A DNA stretch of 64,000 nucleotides from an uncultured Chloroflexia bacterium (GCA_963748625.1 CAVVJT010000010.1:864001-928000), one strand, 5' to 3'. Counted from the first letter of the stretch, positions 9,211-19,014 are shown. Program-made: numbers and translations. The notes: a model not told the origin generated them from the letters alone.

Positions 9211-10388
9211 GGGGTCTCCGTGTCGCTGCGGCGGTCCGGTCCGCGTGCCGGCTCACGCAGCACTCCCGAGAGCAGCAGGCCGATTGCGACAAGTCCGCCG
9301 GTGAGGGTCAGGGCACGCAAGGTCCCCGTCTGCTCGCCGAGGAAGCCGATCAGCGGCGGGCCGGCCAGGAACGCGACGTAGCCCATCGTCGCGACCACGC
9401 TCACCCGGGCGGCGGCATGCTCGGGCTCATCGCCCGCTGCGCTCATCCCGACTGGGAAGCCGAGCGCGACCCCGAGGCCCCAGAGCACGGCGCCTGCCAT
9501 CGCGATGGCGAACTCGGAGCTCCAGATGATCAGCGCGAGACCAACGAGTGCGAGCAACCCGAACAGGCGAACGATGAGGACCCGGCCATGACGGTCGATC
9601 AGCCCTGGGCCGAACCAGCGCCCCAAGGTCATTGCGGCCAGGAAGAGGGCAAAGGTCAGCGTGGCGAGCGCGGCGGACACGCCGTAGCCGTCAATGATCG
9701 CGACAGCGAGCCAGTCGTTGCCGGTGCCCTCGGTGAAGGCCGCAGCGAACACGAACACGCCGATCAGGATGGTGCGTCGCTCGGTCCATGCCGCCAGCGG
9801 GCTTCGGCCCCCGCCCCCGCCGGCCTCCTCGGGCGGATCAGGGAGGAAGTCGCGAACGGCGACCTGACCGACGACTGCCACGATCGCCGCGACGGCGACA
9901 AGGTGGACGGATGTCGGGACGCCGACTGCCACCATCGCCGCGCCGAGGAGTGCACCAGCGACGGTCCCAATGCTGAAGCCGGCGTGGAAGCGGGGCATGA
10001 TCGCCTTTCCGAGCGCCCGCTCGACGGCCGACCCTTCGACGTTCATCGCGACGTCCCACGTTCCATTGCCGACGCCGAACGCGAAGAGCCCAACGACCAC
10101 CGGGATCACTCCGACCTGCTGGCCAAGCCCAACCGTGGCGAGGCCTGCGGCGGCAACGAGCGACATCGCCCCGACCGTCCGGGCCGTACCGATGCGACGC
10201 ACAACCAGGCCGGCCATGGGCATCGAGAGCACCGAGCCGGCGGCAATGGCCAGGAGCACCAGGCCCAGGCTGCTGGGTGACAGCTGCAGCGCATCTCGGA
10301 TGCTCGGAATCCGCGACGCCCAGCTCGCGAACGCGAACCCGCTGAGGATGAAGACGGCGTACACGGCCATCTTCGCTCGAGCGGTCAC
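9186..10388 (-). CDS. MFS transporter
   Basis: About 12 hydrophobic segments; WASRIP, DVAMN, FHAGFSIG, GRWFG, GPPLIG. Confidence 0.9.
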   Translation of the reverse strand: MTARAKMAVYAVFILSGFAFASWASRIPSIRDALQLSPSSLGLVLLAIAAGSVLSMPMAGLVVRRIGTARTVGAMSLVAAAGLATVGLGQQVGVIPVVVGLFAFGVGNGTWDVAMNVEGSAVERALGKAIMPRFHAGFSIGTVAGALLGAAMVAVGVPTSVHLVAVAAIVAVVGQVAVRDFLPDPPEEAGGGGGRSPLAAWTERRTILIGVFVFAAAFTEGTGNDWLAVAIIDGYGVSAALATLTFALFLAAMTLGRWFGPGLIDRHGRVLIVRLFGLLALVGLALIIWSSEFAIAMAGAVLWGLGVALGFPVGMSAAGDEPEHAAARVSVVATMGYVAFLAGPPLIGFLGEQTGTLRALTLTGGLVAIGLLLSGVLREPARGPDRRSDTETPQSGPKKL

Positions 10389-10610
10389 GGTCGCGCGACC
10401 TCAGCGCCAAGGGCATGGAAGGTTCCGGCTGGCCCGCTCGTGACGAGGCCATCGACCCGCTCCGGCGGCGCGACAACGTATGGGCTCACCGTGCTCACCT
10501 TACCCGATGCAGGACGACGGTCCGTGCGGTGCGAGCTTCGTGGAACACCCCACCATCTCGGACGATCCGTGCGTGCGCGGGCGCCCTACGTGCGCGGTTG
10601 CGCGTCCCGG

Positions 10611-10717
10611 CCCACGTGGGGGGCGAATCCGCACCTCCCACGCACGAGGTGCGCGTGAAACCCGACCTTTCGAACCCGGACCCTGCGTGAAGCGGGGCGG
10701 AACGCCCCCCACGTGGG
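10611..10717. repeat. 15-bp perfect inverted repeat enclosing 77 bp (REP/MITE-like element)
   Basis: CCCACGTGGGGGGCG (10611-10625) and CGCCCCCCACGTGGG (10703-10717). Each arm contains the palindrome CCCACGTGGG. Confidence 0.6.
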
Positions 10718-10792
10718 GCGCGGTGCGGGTCGTGAGCGCGGAGGTTGGGGCCGCCGCCGCGCGGAGCGCGAGGCCGCCGCGACGATCGGCCC

Positions 10793-11437
10793 TCAGCACT
10801 CCACCACGTTGAGCGCGAGCCCGCCCCGGCTCGTCTCCTTGTACGTGTGGTGCATGTCCTCGCCCGTCTCGCGCATCGTCTTGATGGCGGCCATCCCTGT
10901 GCGGAACGCGTGTGACAGCACCGTCACCTCGGGGACCGCATGGTGGGGATCGGCACTGGCGAGCAGGTCGTCGTCCACGATGAACCCGCCGCCCACGGAA
11001 TACACGGTGAGGTGGTCGAGCTCCTCGCCGTCCCCGTCGAGCGCGCTGAAGCGCACGTTGTTGACGTGGAACGGCTCGCGGTCGTCGTGGCTGATCCGGT
11101 CGCTGGACTCCACCTCCACCGCGACCTCGCGGCGGCCGTTGAGCTGCAGGCGGCGGGAGGCGTCGATCAACGCGACGCGTGCCGGGGCCCCGGCGGTATC
11201 GATCGTGTCCGGGGCGGAGCCCTCCAGGCCCAGGACCACCGCCATCCCCGTGCCATGGCCACGCCCGGTCGCCCCGAGGCTGCCGTACAGCTGCGCGCGC
11301 ACGAGCGCCGTCGCGTCCAGGAGCCCGTGCCGGTCCAGGCGGGCGGCGAAGCGCGCCGCAGCGCGCATCGGGCCGACCGCGTGGGAGCTGGATGGGCCGA
11401 TTCCGATCTTGAACAGGTCGAAGGCGCTGACGGCCAA
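10793..11437 (-). pseudogene. sdaA: L-serine ammonia-lyase (Fe-S, single-chain) with a large in-frame internal deletion
   Basis: N-terminus SAFDLFKIGIGPSSSH...LYGSLGATGRGHGT...YSVGGGFIV is joined directly to the C-terminal KTMRETGEDMHHTYKETSRGGLA. 214 aa versus about 455 for full-length enzymes. Confidence 0.8.
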
Positions 11438-11460
11438 GGGACGCTTCCTTCTCGGTGGGG

Positions 11461-11892
11461 CTAGCGGCCGTCCCCGATCCGCAGGTGCGACCGGTAGCTC
11501 CCCGCGCGCATCCCGAAGAGGAGGCCGAGCAAGCCACGCCGGACAAGCTCCACCCTGCCGACGCGCCAGCCACGTGCCTGGGCTGCTGCACGGCCCTGCT
11601 CCGTGACCAGGGCGAGGTTCGCGACCGTCGCCAAGGCCGCCACGGCCGTCTCGGCATAGAGGAGCGCGGCCTGCCGCCGATCCTCGGTCGCAGTCTCGCG
11701 GGTCGCGATCCGGGCGACGTCGATGGCGAGAATCCCAACGGTCACCGCGCCCACCACCGCGGCCCCCGGGCGTCCGAGCCTGGCAATGGCGAGCTGCGTG
11801 AGCGGGAACCCCGACCCGCTGACGACGGCGAGCACGACGCCGAGTCCCTGGTGCATGAGCCAACCCCTCCCGGTGCCGGGCGCCAGTCGCAC
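11461..11892 (-). CDS. Hypothetical small membrane protein
   Basis: ORF of 143 aa with 3-4 hydrophobic segments, co-oriented with its neighbours. Start is uncertain. Confidence 0.5.
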   Translation of the reverse strand: MRLAPGTGRGWLMHQGLGVVLAVVSGSGFPLTQLAIARLGRPGAAVVGAVTVGILAIDVARIATRETATEDRRQAALLYAETAVAALATVANLALVTEQGRAAAQARGWRVGRVELVRRGLLGLLFGMRAGSYRSHLRIGDGR

Positions 11893-11957
11893 CGGCGCGA
11901 GGCTCGAACCCTACCCCACGCGGAGCTGGCTCGTGCGCCGCACGGTCAGGGCATCGG

Positions 11958-13160
11958 TCAGCGCATCGCTCCGAAGGCGACGCCGGCCTGGCCCGCGACG
12001 GCGGCCAGCGCCACGACGGCGATCGGCGGGACGCGTCCCGTGATCAACAGGGCGAAGCCCGCGGCTGCGACCACGATGTCGAGGGGGCCGGTGATCGCCG
12101 TCGTCCAGACCGGCGAGTAGAGGGCTGCGGCCAGGATGCCGACGACAACAGCGTTGACGCCGAGTAGCGCCCGTCCGAAGCGCGGCGACGCCCGCAGGCG
12201 GTCCCAGGCGGGCATCGCGCCAAGGACGAGCAGGAAGCCGGGCAGGAAGATCGCGACGAGGGCGAGAGCTCCGCCGGCGACGCCGTTGGGCGCCACGCTG
12301 GACACCACGCCGAGGTACGCCGCAAACGAGAACAGCGGCCCGGGCACCACCTGGGCGGCACCGTAGCCGGCCACGAACGCGCTGTCGCTCACCCAGCCCG
12401 GCTCGACGACATTGGCGTGGAGCAGGGGGAGGACGACGTGACCGCCGCCGAACACGAGCGCCCCAGAGCCGTAGAACGCGTCGGCCACGGCCGCCGCCTG
12501 GCCTCCCGCCACCCGGGCCACGGGCAGGAGCACCAGGAGCGCGGCGAAGAGCCCCAGGGCGAGGGCGCCGGTTCGCCACGAGGACGCGGACCCGCTCGGG
12601 CGCCGCACAGGTTCGCGCGAATCGCCCAGGGCAAGCAGTCCCACGAGCGCTCCCGCCGCGATGAGCGTCAGCTGGACGAACGGCGTGGCCCAGGCCAGCG
12701 CCAGGACCATCGCGGCGAGGGCCAGGAGACGCCGGGACAGGTCGGGCGCGAGGGATCGTGCCATCGTCATGACAGCCTGTGCCACCACGGCAACCGCGGC
12801 GATCTTGAGCCCGTGGACCCAGCCGGCGCCCGACAGGTCCGTGCCTGCGGCGAACAGCCCGAATGCGATCATCAGCACCGCGGACGGCAGGGTGAAGCCG
12901 ATCCAACCGGCGATCGCTCCGGCAAGCCCCGCCCGCCGCGATCCGATCGCGATCACGAGCTGCGTGCTGGCCGGGCCGGGCAGCGCCTGGCAGAGCGCGA
13001 CAAGATCGGCGAAGTCCGCCTCCGGGAGCCATCGCAGCCGCTCGACGTACGCGCGCCGGAAGTACCCGATGTGCGCGATCGGCCCGCCGAACGAGGTCAG
13101 GCCGAGTCGCAGCGCGGCGACGAGGACCTCGGCGACAGAACCCGCGTGGACGCTGGTCAC
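11958..13160 (-). CDS. chrA: Chromate efflux transporter (long-chain CHR family)
   Basis: LGLTSFGGPIAHIGY, LCQALPGPASTQL, GALVFGGGHVVLPLL, AQVVPGPLFSFAAY, IFLPGFLL. Confidence 0.93.
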   Translation of the reverse strand: MTSVHAGSVAEVLVAALRLGLTSFGGPIAHIGYFRRAYVERLRWLPEADFADLVALCQALPGPASTQLVIAIGSRRAGLAGAIAGWIGFTLPSAVLMIAFGLFAAGTDLSGAGWVHGLKIAAVAVVAQAVMTMARSLAPDLSRRLLALAAMVLALAWATPFVQLTLIAAGALVGLLALGDSREPVRRPSGSASSWRTGALALGLFAALLVLLPVARVAGGQAAAVADAFYGSGALVFGGGHVVLPLLHANVVEPGWVSDSAFVAGYGAAQVVPGPLFSFAAYLGVVSSVAPNGVAGGALALVAIFLPGFLLVLGAMPAWDRLRASPRFGRALLGVNAVVVGILAAALYSPVWTTAITGPLDIVVAAAGFALLITGRVPPIAVVALAAVAGQAGVAFGAMR

Positions 13161-13336
13161 GCCCTGAGTCTAGCGGCGCTCGAACAGCTGTCGGGCGCGG
13201 TCGAGCGCAGCGTCCACCGGGACGTCAACCACCACGTCGAGCAGACGGATGTCGGGCCCCGTCGCGTGCCGATCGGCCCGTGATCCCAGTGATGGGGACT
13301 GGCGCCGACGCGCCACTGGCCCGACCATGAGCGGCG

Positions 13337-14122
13337 ATGTCGGACATGCCTGCCCAACGCCGCCGTCCTCGCATCCGGATCCGCCGAGTCGTCCTGGCCC
13401 CGTTGCTGACGGGCGTGGCCATCCTGGGCTGGCTCTGGATCACCGATGCCCGCCAGATGTGGCGGACGACCCCCGTCTACGACCCGCCGGTTCTGGCCGG
13501 GCAGATGGCGATGCCCTGGTGCACCGGCGGCTTCTATGTCCGGCGTGGCGACGAGATCATGGTCACGGTCGCGGCTCACTGCGGGCAGGAGGGGCAGGAG
13601 GTGCAGGCCCGGGACGGGGGAGACAGGCTCGGCGTCCTGGGGCCGGCCGCCACCTACACCCCGTGCGCCCATGAGGACCGCCAGTGCCTCGCCTCCGACC
13701 TGAGGGCCCTGCGCCTCGATGCCGGGCACATCCCATGGGGTCACCTCAACGAGGTCGACATGGGGGCCGGCGGCTACCGCGTCATCCCGCCCGGGACGCG
13801 CCCGCTCGCCTGCGATGACATCCGGGCCGGCGACACGGTCGAGATCAACGGTCGCACCCGCTTCCGGACCGGCACGGTCATCGAGAAGGACGAGATTGAC
13901 AACGATCGCGACCCGAACTACTTCCCCTGCATGGTCGCAGCCGACATCAGGGTCCAGACGGGCGATTCGGGCGGGGCCGTCCTGGTGAACGGGCTGCCCG
14001 CGGGCATCACGTCGCGGGGGTACGCAGGGTGGCTCGGCTTCACGCCGCTGGCGGAAGGGCTCGAGGTCCTGGGCCTGGAGCTGTGCACCGAGCCGGACTG
14101 CGGCCTGGATCCGCCCGGCTGA
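13337..14122 (+). CDS. Trypsin-like (S1) serine protease with N-terminal membrane anchor
   Basis: CTGGF, AAHC (His), SDL (Asp), GDSGG (Ser); basic plus hydrophobic N-terminus. Confidence 0.82.
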   Translation: MSDMPAQRRRPRIRIRRVVLAPLLTGVAILGWLWITDARQMWRTTPVYDPPVLAGQMAMPWCTGGFYVRRGDEIMVTVAAHCGQEGQEVQARDGGDRLGVLGPAATYTPCAHEDRQCLASDLRALRLDAGHIPWGHLNEVDMGAGGYRVIPPGTRPLACDDIRAGDTVEINGRTRFRTGTVIEKDEIDNDRDPNYFPCMVAADIRVQTGDSGGAVLVNGLPAGITSRGYAGWLGFTPLAEGLEVLGLELCTEPDCGLDPPG

Positions 14123-14208
14123 GAGGCCGGTCGCGCTGGCGCCCGATCCTGTCGATACCGCCACCGGCACCAGGGAGGGGGGACGACCTCGCCCGGGCGC
14201 TCTGCGCG

Positions 14209-14249
14209 TTGACCTGCCGACCCGTCCAACGGTATGCTCGATAATCGAT
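14209..14249 (+). promoter_or_regulatory. Sigma70-like promoter with an overlapping operator-like site
   Basis: TTGACC (14209-14214), 18-nt spacer, TATGCT (14233-14238), then TCGATAATCGAT (14238-14249), which is identical to 28297-28308. Confidence 0.65.
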
Positions 14250-14292
14250 GATGTGTGGCGGGCTCGGGACCCCGCCCAAGGAAGGGACAGGC

Positions 14293-15078
14293 ATGAGCTA
14301 CCTGGACGCGTTCAGCCTCGAGGGCAAGGTCGCCATCGTCCCGGGTGGGGCCGGCGCCATCGGTGCGGCGATCTCCAAGGCCCTGGCGGGCGCCGGCGCC
14401 AAGGTGGCGGTGATGGCCCGCACGCTCCCCCAGGCGGAGTCGGTGGCCGCCGAGATCAACGAGGCAGGCGGTGACGCGATCGGCGTGGCGGCGGATGCCA
14501 CGGCGGAAGCCGACTGCGAGGCAGCCGTCGCGGCCACTGTCGAGCGGTTCGGCCACCTTGACATCATCGTCAACTGTGTTGGTGGCGGCGCGGGCAAGGT
14601 CCTCTTCGGCGCGGAGGAGTATCCGCGCGACGCCTGGGACTGGATCATGGAGCTCAACGTCCGGAGCACGCTGGTCGCCACCCAGCCCGCCGTGAAGCAG
14701 ATGATCGCCCAGGGCACCGGCGGCAAAGTCGTCAACATCAGCTCCGTGCGGGCGCAGCTCGGCATCAACGCCGGCTACTCCGCCTATGTCGCTGCAAAGG
14801 GCGCCGTCGAGTCGCTGACCCGCCAGTGGGCCACCGAGTGGGCCAAGCACGGCATCAACGTCAACGGCATCCGGCCGACCTTCGTGGACACCCCGCAGGT
14901 CGCCATGCTGCTGGGGGATCCCGCGTTCAAGGCGGGGATCGTCAGCCGCATCCCGCTCGGCCGCGTGGGCGGCACGGACGACATGACGGGCGCCGTCGTG
15001 TTCCTGTGCTCCCCCGCCGCGGCCTTCGTCACCGGCCAGACCATCGGGCTCGATGGCGGCCTCACCGCCACCCAGTAG
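14293..15078 (+). CDS. Short-chain dehydrogenase/reductase (gluconate 5-dehydrogenase/KduD-like)
   Basis: PGGAGAIG, NISS, YVAAK, EWAKHGINVNGIRP, TGQTIGLDGG. Purine-rich RBS upstream. Confidence 0.92.
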   Translation: MSYLDAFSLEGKVAIVPGGAGAIGAAISKALAGAGAKVAVMARTLPQAESVAAEINEAGGDAIGVAADATAEADCEAAVAATVERFGHLDIIVNCVGGGAGKVLFGAEEYPRDAWDWIMELNVRSTLVATQPAVKQMIAQGTGGKVVNISSVRAQLGINAGYSAYVAAKGAVESLTRQWATEWAKHGINVNGIRPTFVDTPQVAMLLGDPAFKAGIVSRIPLGRVGGTDDMTGAVVFLCSPAAAFVTGQTIGLDGGLTATQ

Positions 15079-15102
15079 CCCCTGCAGAGAGCGAGACCGA
15101 GA

Positions 15103-15996
15103 ATGGAGCAGGTCACCGACCGGATCTGGGCCGAGACGAAGGTCCGCGGGTGCAACCCGTGCTTCGTCAAGACGTCCAAGGGACCCGTGGTCATCGATAC
15201 TCCGCAGCTCCCCACCCGCGCGGTTGCGATGCGCGACATGGTCGAGTCGATCGGGCCGATCCAGTACCTGATCAACACGGAGCACCACGTCGACCACATC
15301 TTCGGCAACTACTGGTTCAAGGGCCGCACGCAGATCGTCCACCACCAGGGCGTCCACGACCGGTTCATGACCGTCTATCCGGAACTGGACCCGTTCACGT
15401 ACGCCCTCGAGGCCCTGCCGACCGATGATCCTGACGGCGCCGCCCTCGTCCCCGACCGCGAGACCTATTACGCGAACATGGGTACCGGCGACATCGTGTT
15501 CAGCGGTGACCTGACGCTCAAGGTCGGCGACCGCACGTTCGCGCTGCTCCACACCCCGGGCCACACGCCGGGCCAGGTGGCCGTCTACGTGCCCGAGGAG
15601 CGCGCCGTCTTCACCGGCGACACGATCTTCTCCGAGTGCACCACGTGGCTCATGACGTCCAACGTGGACCAGTGGATCACGGCGCTCGACCGGATCCGCG
15701 CCCTGGACATCGACTACGTGATCCCGGGCCACGGCCCGGTGCAGCCGAAGTCGTACCTGGCCACGCAACGCTCGTTCATGCTCGAGTGGAAGGCGGCCGT
15801 CGCGGTGGCGATCGCGAAGGGCTGGAGCCGCGAGGAGACCATCGCGCGGGTCAGCTTCGCCGAGCGCTACCCGGTGGATATCGGGCAGGAGTACATGATG
15901 GAGTACATCCAGGAGCGCAACGCCGGCGCCCTGTACGACCTGTTCACCAAGCCCACCGAGACGACCTTCCCCGCGGAGCACCCGCCGGCCCGGTAG
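15103..15996 (+). CDS. Metallo-beta-lactamase-fold hydrolase (cyclase-like)
   Basis: VIDTP, NTEHHVDHIFGN (ExHxDH variant), TPGHTPG, FTGD, IPGHG. Confidence 0.88.
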   Translation: MEQVTDRIWAETKVRGCNPCFVKTSKGPVVIDTPQLPTRAVAMRDMVESIGPIQYLINTEHHVDHIFGNYWFKGRTQIVHHQGVHDRFMTVYPELDPFTYALEALPTDDPDGAALVPDRETYYANMGTGDIVFSGDLTLKVGDRTFALLHTPGHTPGQVAVYVPEERAVFTGDTIFSECTTWLMTSNVDQWITALDRIRALDIDYVIPGHGPVQPKSYLATQRSFMLEWKAAVAVAIAKGWSREETIARVSFAERYPVDIGQEYMMEYIQERNAGALYDLFTKPTETTFPAEHPPAR

Positions 15997-16313
15997 GGCG
16001 CAGCTGGGTCCGAGCTCCGTCCGCTCGGGCGATCCAGCGGCCCCCTCCCCATGTTCGCAGGCCCGTTCCCGGGGGCCGGGACAACGGTTCCAGCGCATGC
16101 CAGGATCCCCGGGCACGGGACAGTCGCTGCGTAAGGGTGCCCCTGGTGCGCGAGGGGCCGCATGGTGCGGGAAGGCCGACGCGTGACGCGATGGTTGTCC
16201 CGCTGGGCGGGAATCGAATGGGAACGGCGCGCGTCGGGGGGACGAACGGCCCGGGTGGGACCCCCCTTCTGCCCGATTGCCGGGCAGCCAGCGCGACGTG
16301 CACGATCGCAGCG

Positions 16314-18317
16314 ATGAACGTCGTCTGCCCCTACTGCCGTGTGCCTGTTGCCGTCGACTCGGCGGGCAACAGCGCCTGTGGGCACCTGCGGGGCAACGCG
16401 GGAGCGCCGGTGCCGCCACCGGTCACCCAAGCCGCACCTCCCCCGCCGGCTCCGGTGCGTCCCCCATCGACGCAGCCGCCGCCGGTCATGCCCGCGCCTC
16501 CGGCCGCACCCCAGGGCGCGACGCCCGGCTGGTCCGCGCCCCCTCCCAAGCGCGGCGGCTGCGGCAAGGCGCTCGGCTGCCTCGCCATCGGTGGGGCGCT
16601 TGTCGTCGCCGCGCTGGTCGGCATCATGCTCTTGCCCGACAGCCTGCTGGACGACCCGTCGGCGGCCGGCGCTACCCGGGCCCCCGGCGCTGCGACCACC
16701 GGCCCGGCGACCACCGAGCCCACACCGCCGCCCGCGGCCGGACCCCTCACCGGCACCATCACCGTCGGCGAGGGCGCGCCCGTGCTGGCGACGAAGGTCA
16801 AGGCCGGCAAGGCAGCCACGCTCAGGGCACCTGGTGATGGGCCTGCCGCCGGGCTCGTGATCGAGGTGCCAACGGGGGCCTACCCCGAGAAGCGGACCTT
16901 CCAGGTCTCCGCGGCCCCGCTCGACATCTCCGGCTTCGACGGTGCCGTCACCCCGATCTCGCCGCTGTTCACGATCGACAACGGCGGCGGGTACGCAGCA
17001 TCACCCATCGAGATCACCATCCCCGTGGACATCCCCGACGGCAGCTTCGCGATGGGCTTCTACCTCCACGACGACGGGTCGCTCGAGGCGATCCCGGTGC
17101 TTGAGGAGAGCGCAGCTTCGATCACGATCGCCACGCGCCACTTCTCCTCGCTGTTCATCGCGATGATCGCCACGGCCAGCCTGCCGGAGACGGTCGGGAC
17201 CGGCTTCCGCGCCGGGGAGGACGATTTCGCGGCACCCAACTACGGCAGCTACATCGCCCCCGGTGGCCACTGCGCGGGCCAGTCACTCGCCTCGATGTGG
17301 TACTTCTCCGAGCGGCGCAGCCAGGGCGCCCCGCAGCTGCACACGCTCTACGAGGGCGTTGGGGACTTCTCGATGACCGAGACGTGGGTCGATGACCGCG
17401 ACATCTACCGCCTCGCCTCGTCGGTGCAGGTCGACCAGGACCTCGGCCTGCTCTACAAGGCGGAGCGAGCCCTCAAGCTTGCCGACTACCAGCGGACGGC
17501 CTGGCTGTCCTTCCGCTATGCGATGCACGTGACGGCCCAGCCCCAGTACGTGAGCCTGGCGGTCAGGGGCGAGGACGGCGGGCATGCCCTGGTCGCCTAC
17601 GCCTACACCCCGTACGGCCTCTTCGTCGCTGACCCGAACGCCCCGGGCGAGCTGCGCAGCATCCATTGGAATGCGGATGCCGGCCGCTTCGACCCCTACG
17701 GCTCGGGCCCCACCGCCGAGACCAGCGACCGGATGTACGACCAGGTCATGTTCTACGCGAAGAGCTCGCTCATCGATTGGGGGCGGATCGGCGCGCGGTG
17801 GGCTGCACTCGAGGACGGCACCATCGGCCAGGACCGCTTCCCGACCTTCTCCTACGAGTACCTGGCCGGCCAGGATGCGACGGGGGTCGACATCTGGCTG
17901 CCGCTGACCGACGGCACAACCGTGCCCGCCTCCACCATCACCATCCGCGCAAGCTCGTGGCCCCCGGCCTCCGGCGAGGTGACGGTGTACGCGGACGCCG
18001 ATCGCTCGTTCGGGGTGCTCGGCACGTTCCCCGCCGGCTGGCCGAACCAGGGAAACGTCGACCTGGGGTACGGAACCTTTGCGATCGGCCTGTATGCGCA
18101 GGCGATCCCCAAGGGCAAGGCCGAGTCCGAAGCCGTGGACTTCCGGACCATCCGCGTCACCACCGGCCTTCCTCCATCCTTCACGCCCGCGCCGCCCGCC
18201 GCCGAGCCGACCCCCGACGCCGGGTACGACTGCAGCACCAAGCCCAAGGGCCAGATCGAGCAGCTCGACTGGGCGCTCCACTGCGAGCAGATCCAGACGA
18301 TCCAGCCGGCACCCTGA
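16314..18317 (+). CDS. Single-pass membrane protein: Zn-finger-like N-terminus, Pro-rich linker, TM helix, beta-rich domain, putative papain-like Cys-His-Asp domain
   Basis: MNVVCPYC...ACGH; TM ALGCLAIGGALVVAALVGIMLL; TRHFS; GHCAG...GHALVAY...VADPN. Confidence 0.7.
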   Translation: MNVVCPYCRVPVAVDSAGNSACGHLRGNAGAPVPPPVTQAAPPPPAPVRPPSTQPPPVMPAPPAAPQGATPGWSAPPPKRGGCGKALGCLAIGGALVVAALVGIMLLPDSLLDDPSAAGATRAPGAATTGPATTEPTPPPAAGPLTGTITVGEGAPVLATKVKAGKAATLRAPGDGPAAGLVIEVPTGAYPEKRTFQVSAAPLDISGFDGAVTPISPLFTIDNGGGYAASPIEITIPVDIPDGSFAMGFYLHDDGSLEAIPVLEESAASITIATRHFSSLFIAMIATASLPETVGTGFRAGEDDFAAPNYGSYIAPGGHCAGQSLASMWYFSERRSQGAPQLHTLYEGVGDFSMTETWVDDRDIYRLASSVQVDQDLGLLYKAERALKLADYQRTAWLSFRYAMHVTAQPQYVSLAVRGEDGGHALVAYAYTPYGLFVADPNAPGELRSIHWNADAGRFDPYGSGPTAETSDRMYDQVMFYAKSSLIDWGRIGARWAALEDGTIGQDRFPTFSYEYLAGQDATGVDIWLPLTDGTTVPASTITIRASSWPPASGEVTVYADADRSFGVLGTFPAGWPNQGNVDLGYGTFAIGLYAQAIPKGKAESEAVDFRTIRVTTGLPPSFTPAPPAAEPTPDAGYDCSTKPKGQIEQLDWALHCEQIQTIQPAP

Positions 18318-18357
18318 CACCCGCAGCTCCGCGCCTGTCTCCCCTACCCTGATCAGC

Positions 18358-19014
18358 ATGTCCGGCCTGCTGTATCCGAGCTATGCGCTCGCCTATGTCG
18401 TGCTCCTCGCCTGGGGCTCACGCCTCCTCGTGCGGCGGCCGCGCGCCAGCACGGCGATCATCCTGGCCGTCACCTTCGGCGTCTTCTGGGACAACCTGGT
18501 CCTCGCGTTCGGCGGACTTCTGGGTGACGGTGAGCTCCTCCTCGCCCTGTCGGTCCCCCGGTTCGCGCTGCACCAGCTGGTGCTGCCGTGGCTGATCTAC
18601 GCCGCGTGGTCGATGGCGGACCAGGCCGGCCACGGCTGGGCGGCGCAACGCTGGGCGCAGCCCGGGGCGATCAGTCTCGCCCTGCTCGTCATGGCGGCAG
18701 GCATCGCGACCCGGCTGCTGGGCGTCACGCTGGAGCCGGCGGTCCTTGACGGCGTCCTGCGCTACGTGGCGGTCGGGATCAAGGGGCCGCCCATCGTGAG
18801 CATCGTCAGCATCGCGTTCGTGGGTGTCGCGGGCATCCGATTCTGGCGGTCGGGCTGGCCCTGGGTCACCGTCGCCGCCATCGCGGTCGCCGTCGGCGAG
18901 GGCTTCCCTGACGAGAGCGTCCGGCGGGTGGTCGGGTCGGCCCTCGAACTGGTGTTCATCGCCGTGCTGCTCGAGACGCAGCGGCGCCTGGACGCCGGCC
19001 GGCTCCGCGCCTGA
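18358..19014 (+). CDS. Hypothetical polytopic membrane protein
   Basis: About 7 hydrophobic segments in 218 aa; co-oriented with the upstream gene. Confidence 0.7.
   Translation: MSGLLYPSYALAYVVLLAWGSRLLVRRPRASTAIILAVTFGVFWDNLVLAFGGLLGDGELLLALSVPRFALHQLVLPWLIYAAWSMADQAGHGWAAQRWAQPGAISLALLVMAAGIATRLLGVTLEPAVLDGVLRYVAVGIKGPPIVSIVSIAFVGVAGIRFWRSGWPWVTVAAIAVAVGEGFPDESVRRVVGSALELVFIAVLLETQRRLDAGRLRA

Noticed and set aside
13918-16419. Long antisense or alternate-frame ORFs (833 aa here; also 24014-26326, 32631-34940, 46867-48720)
   Set aside because: These are stop-poor shadow frames typical of high-GC DNA, lying opposite motif-bearing genes, with no recognisable domains.
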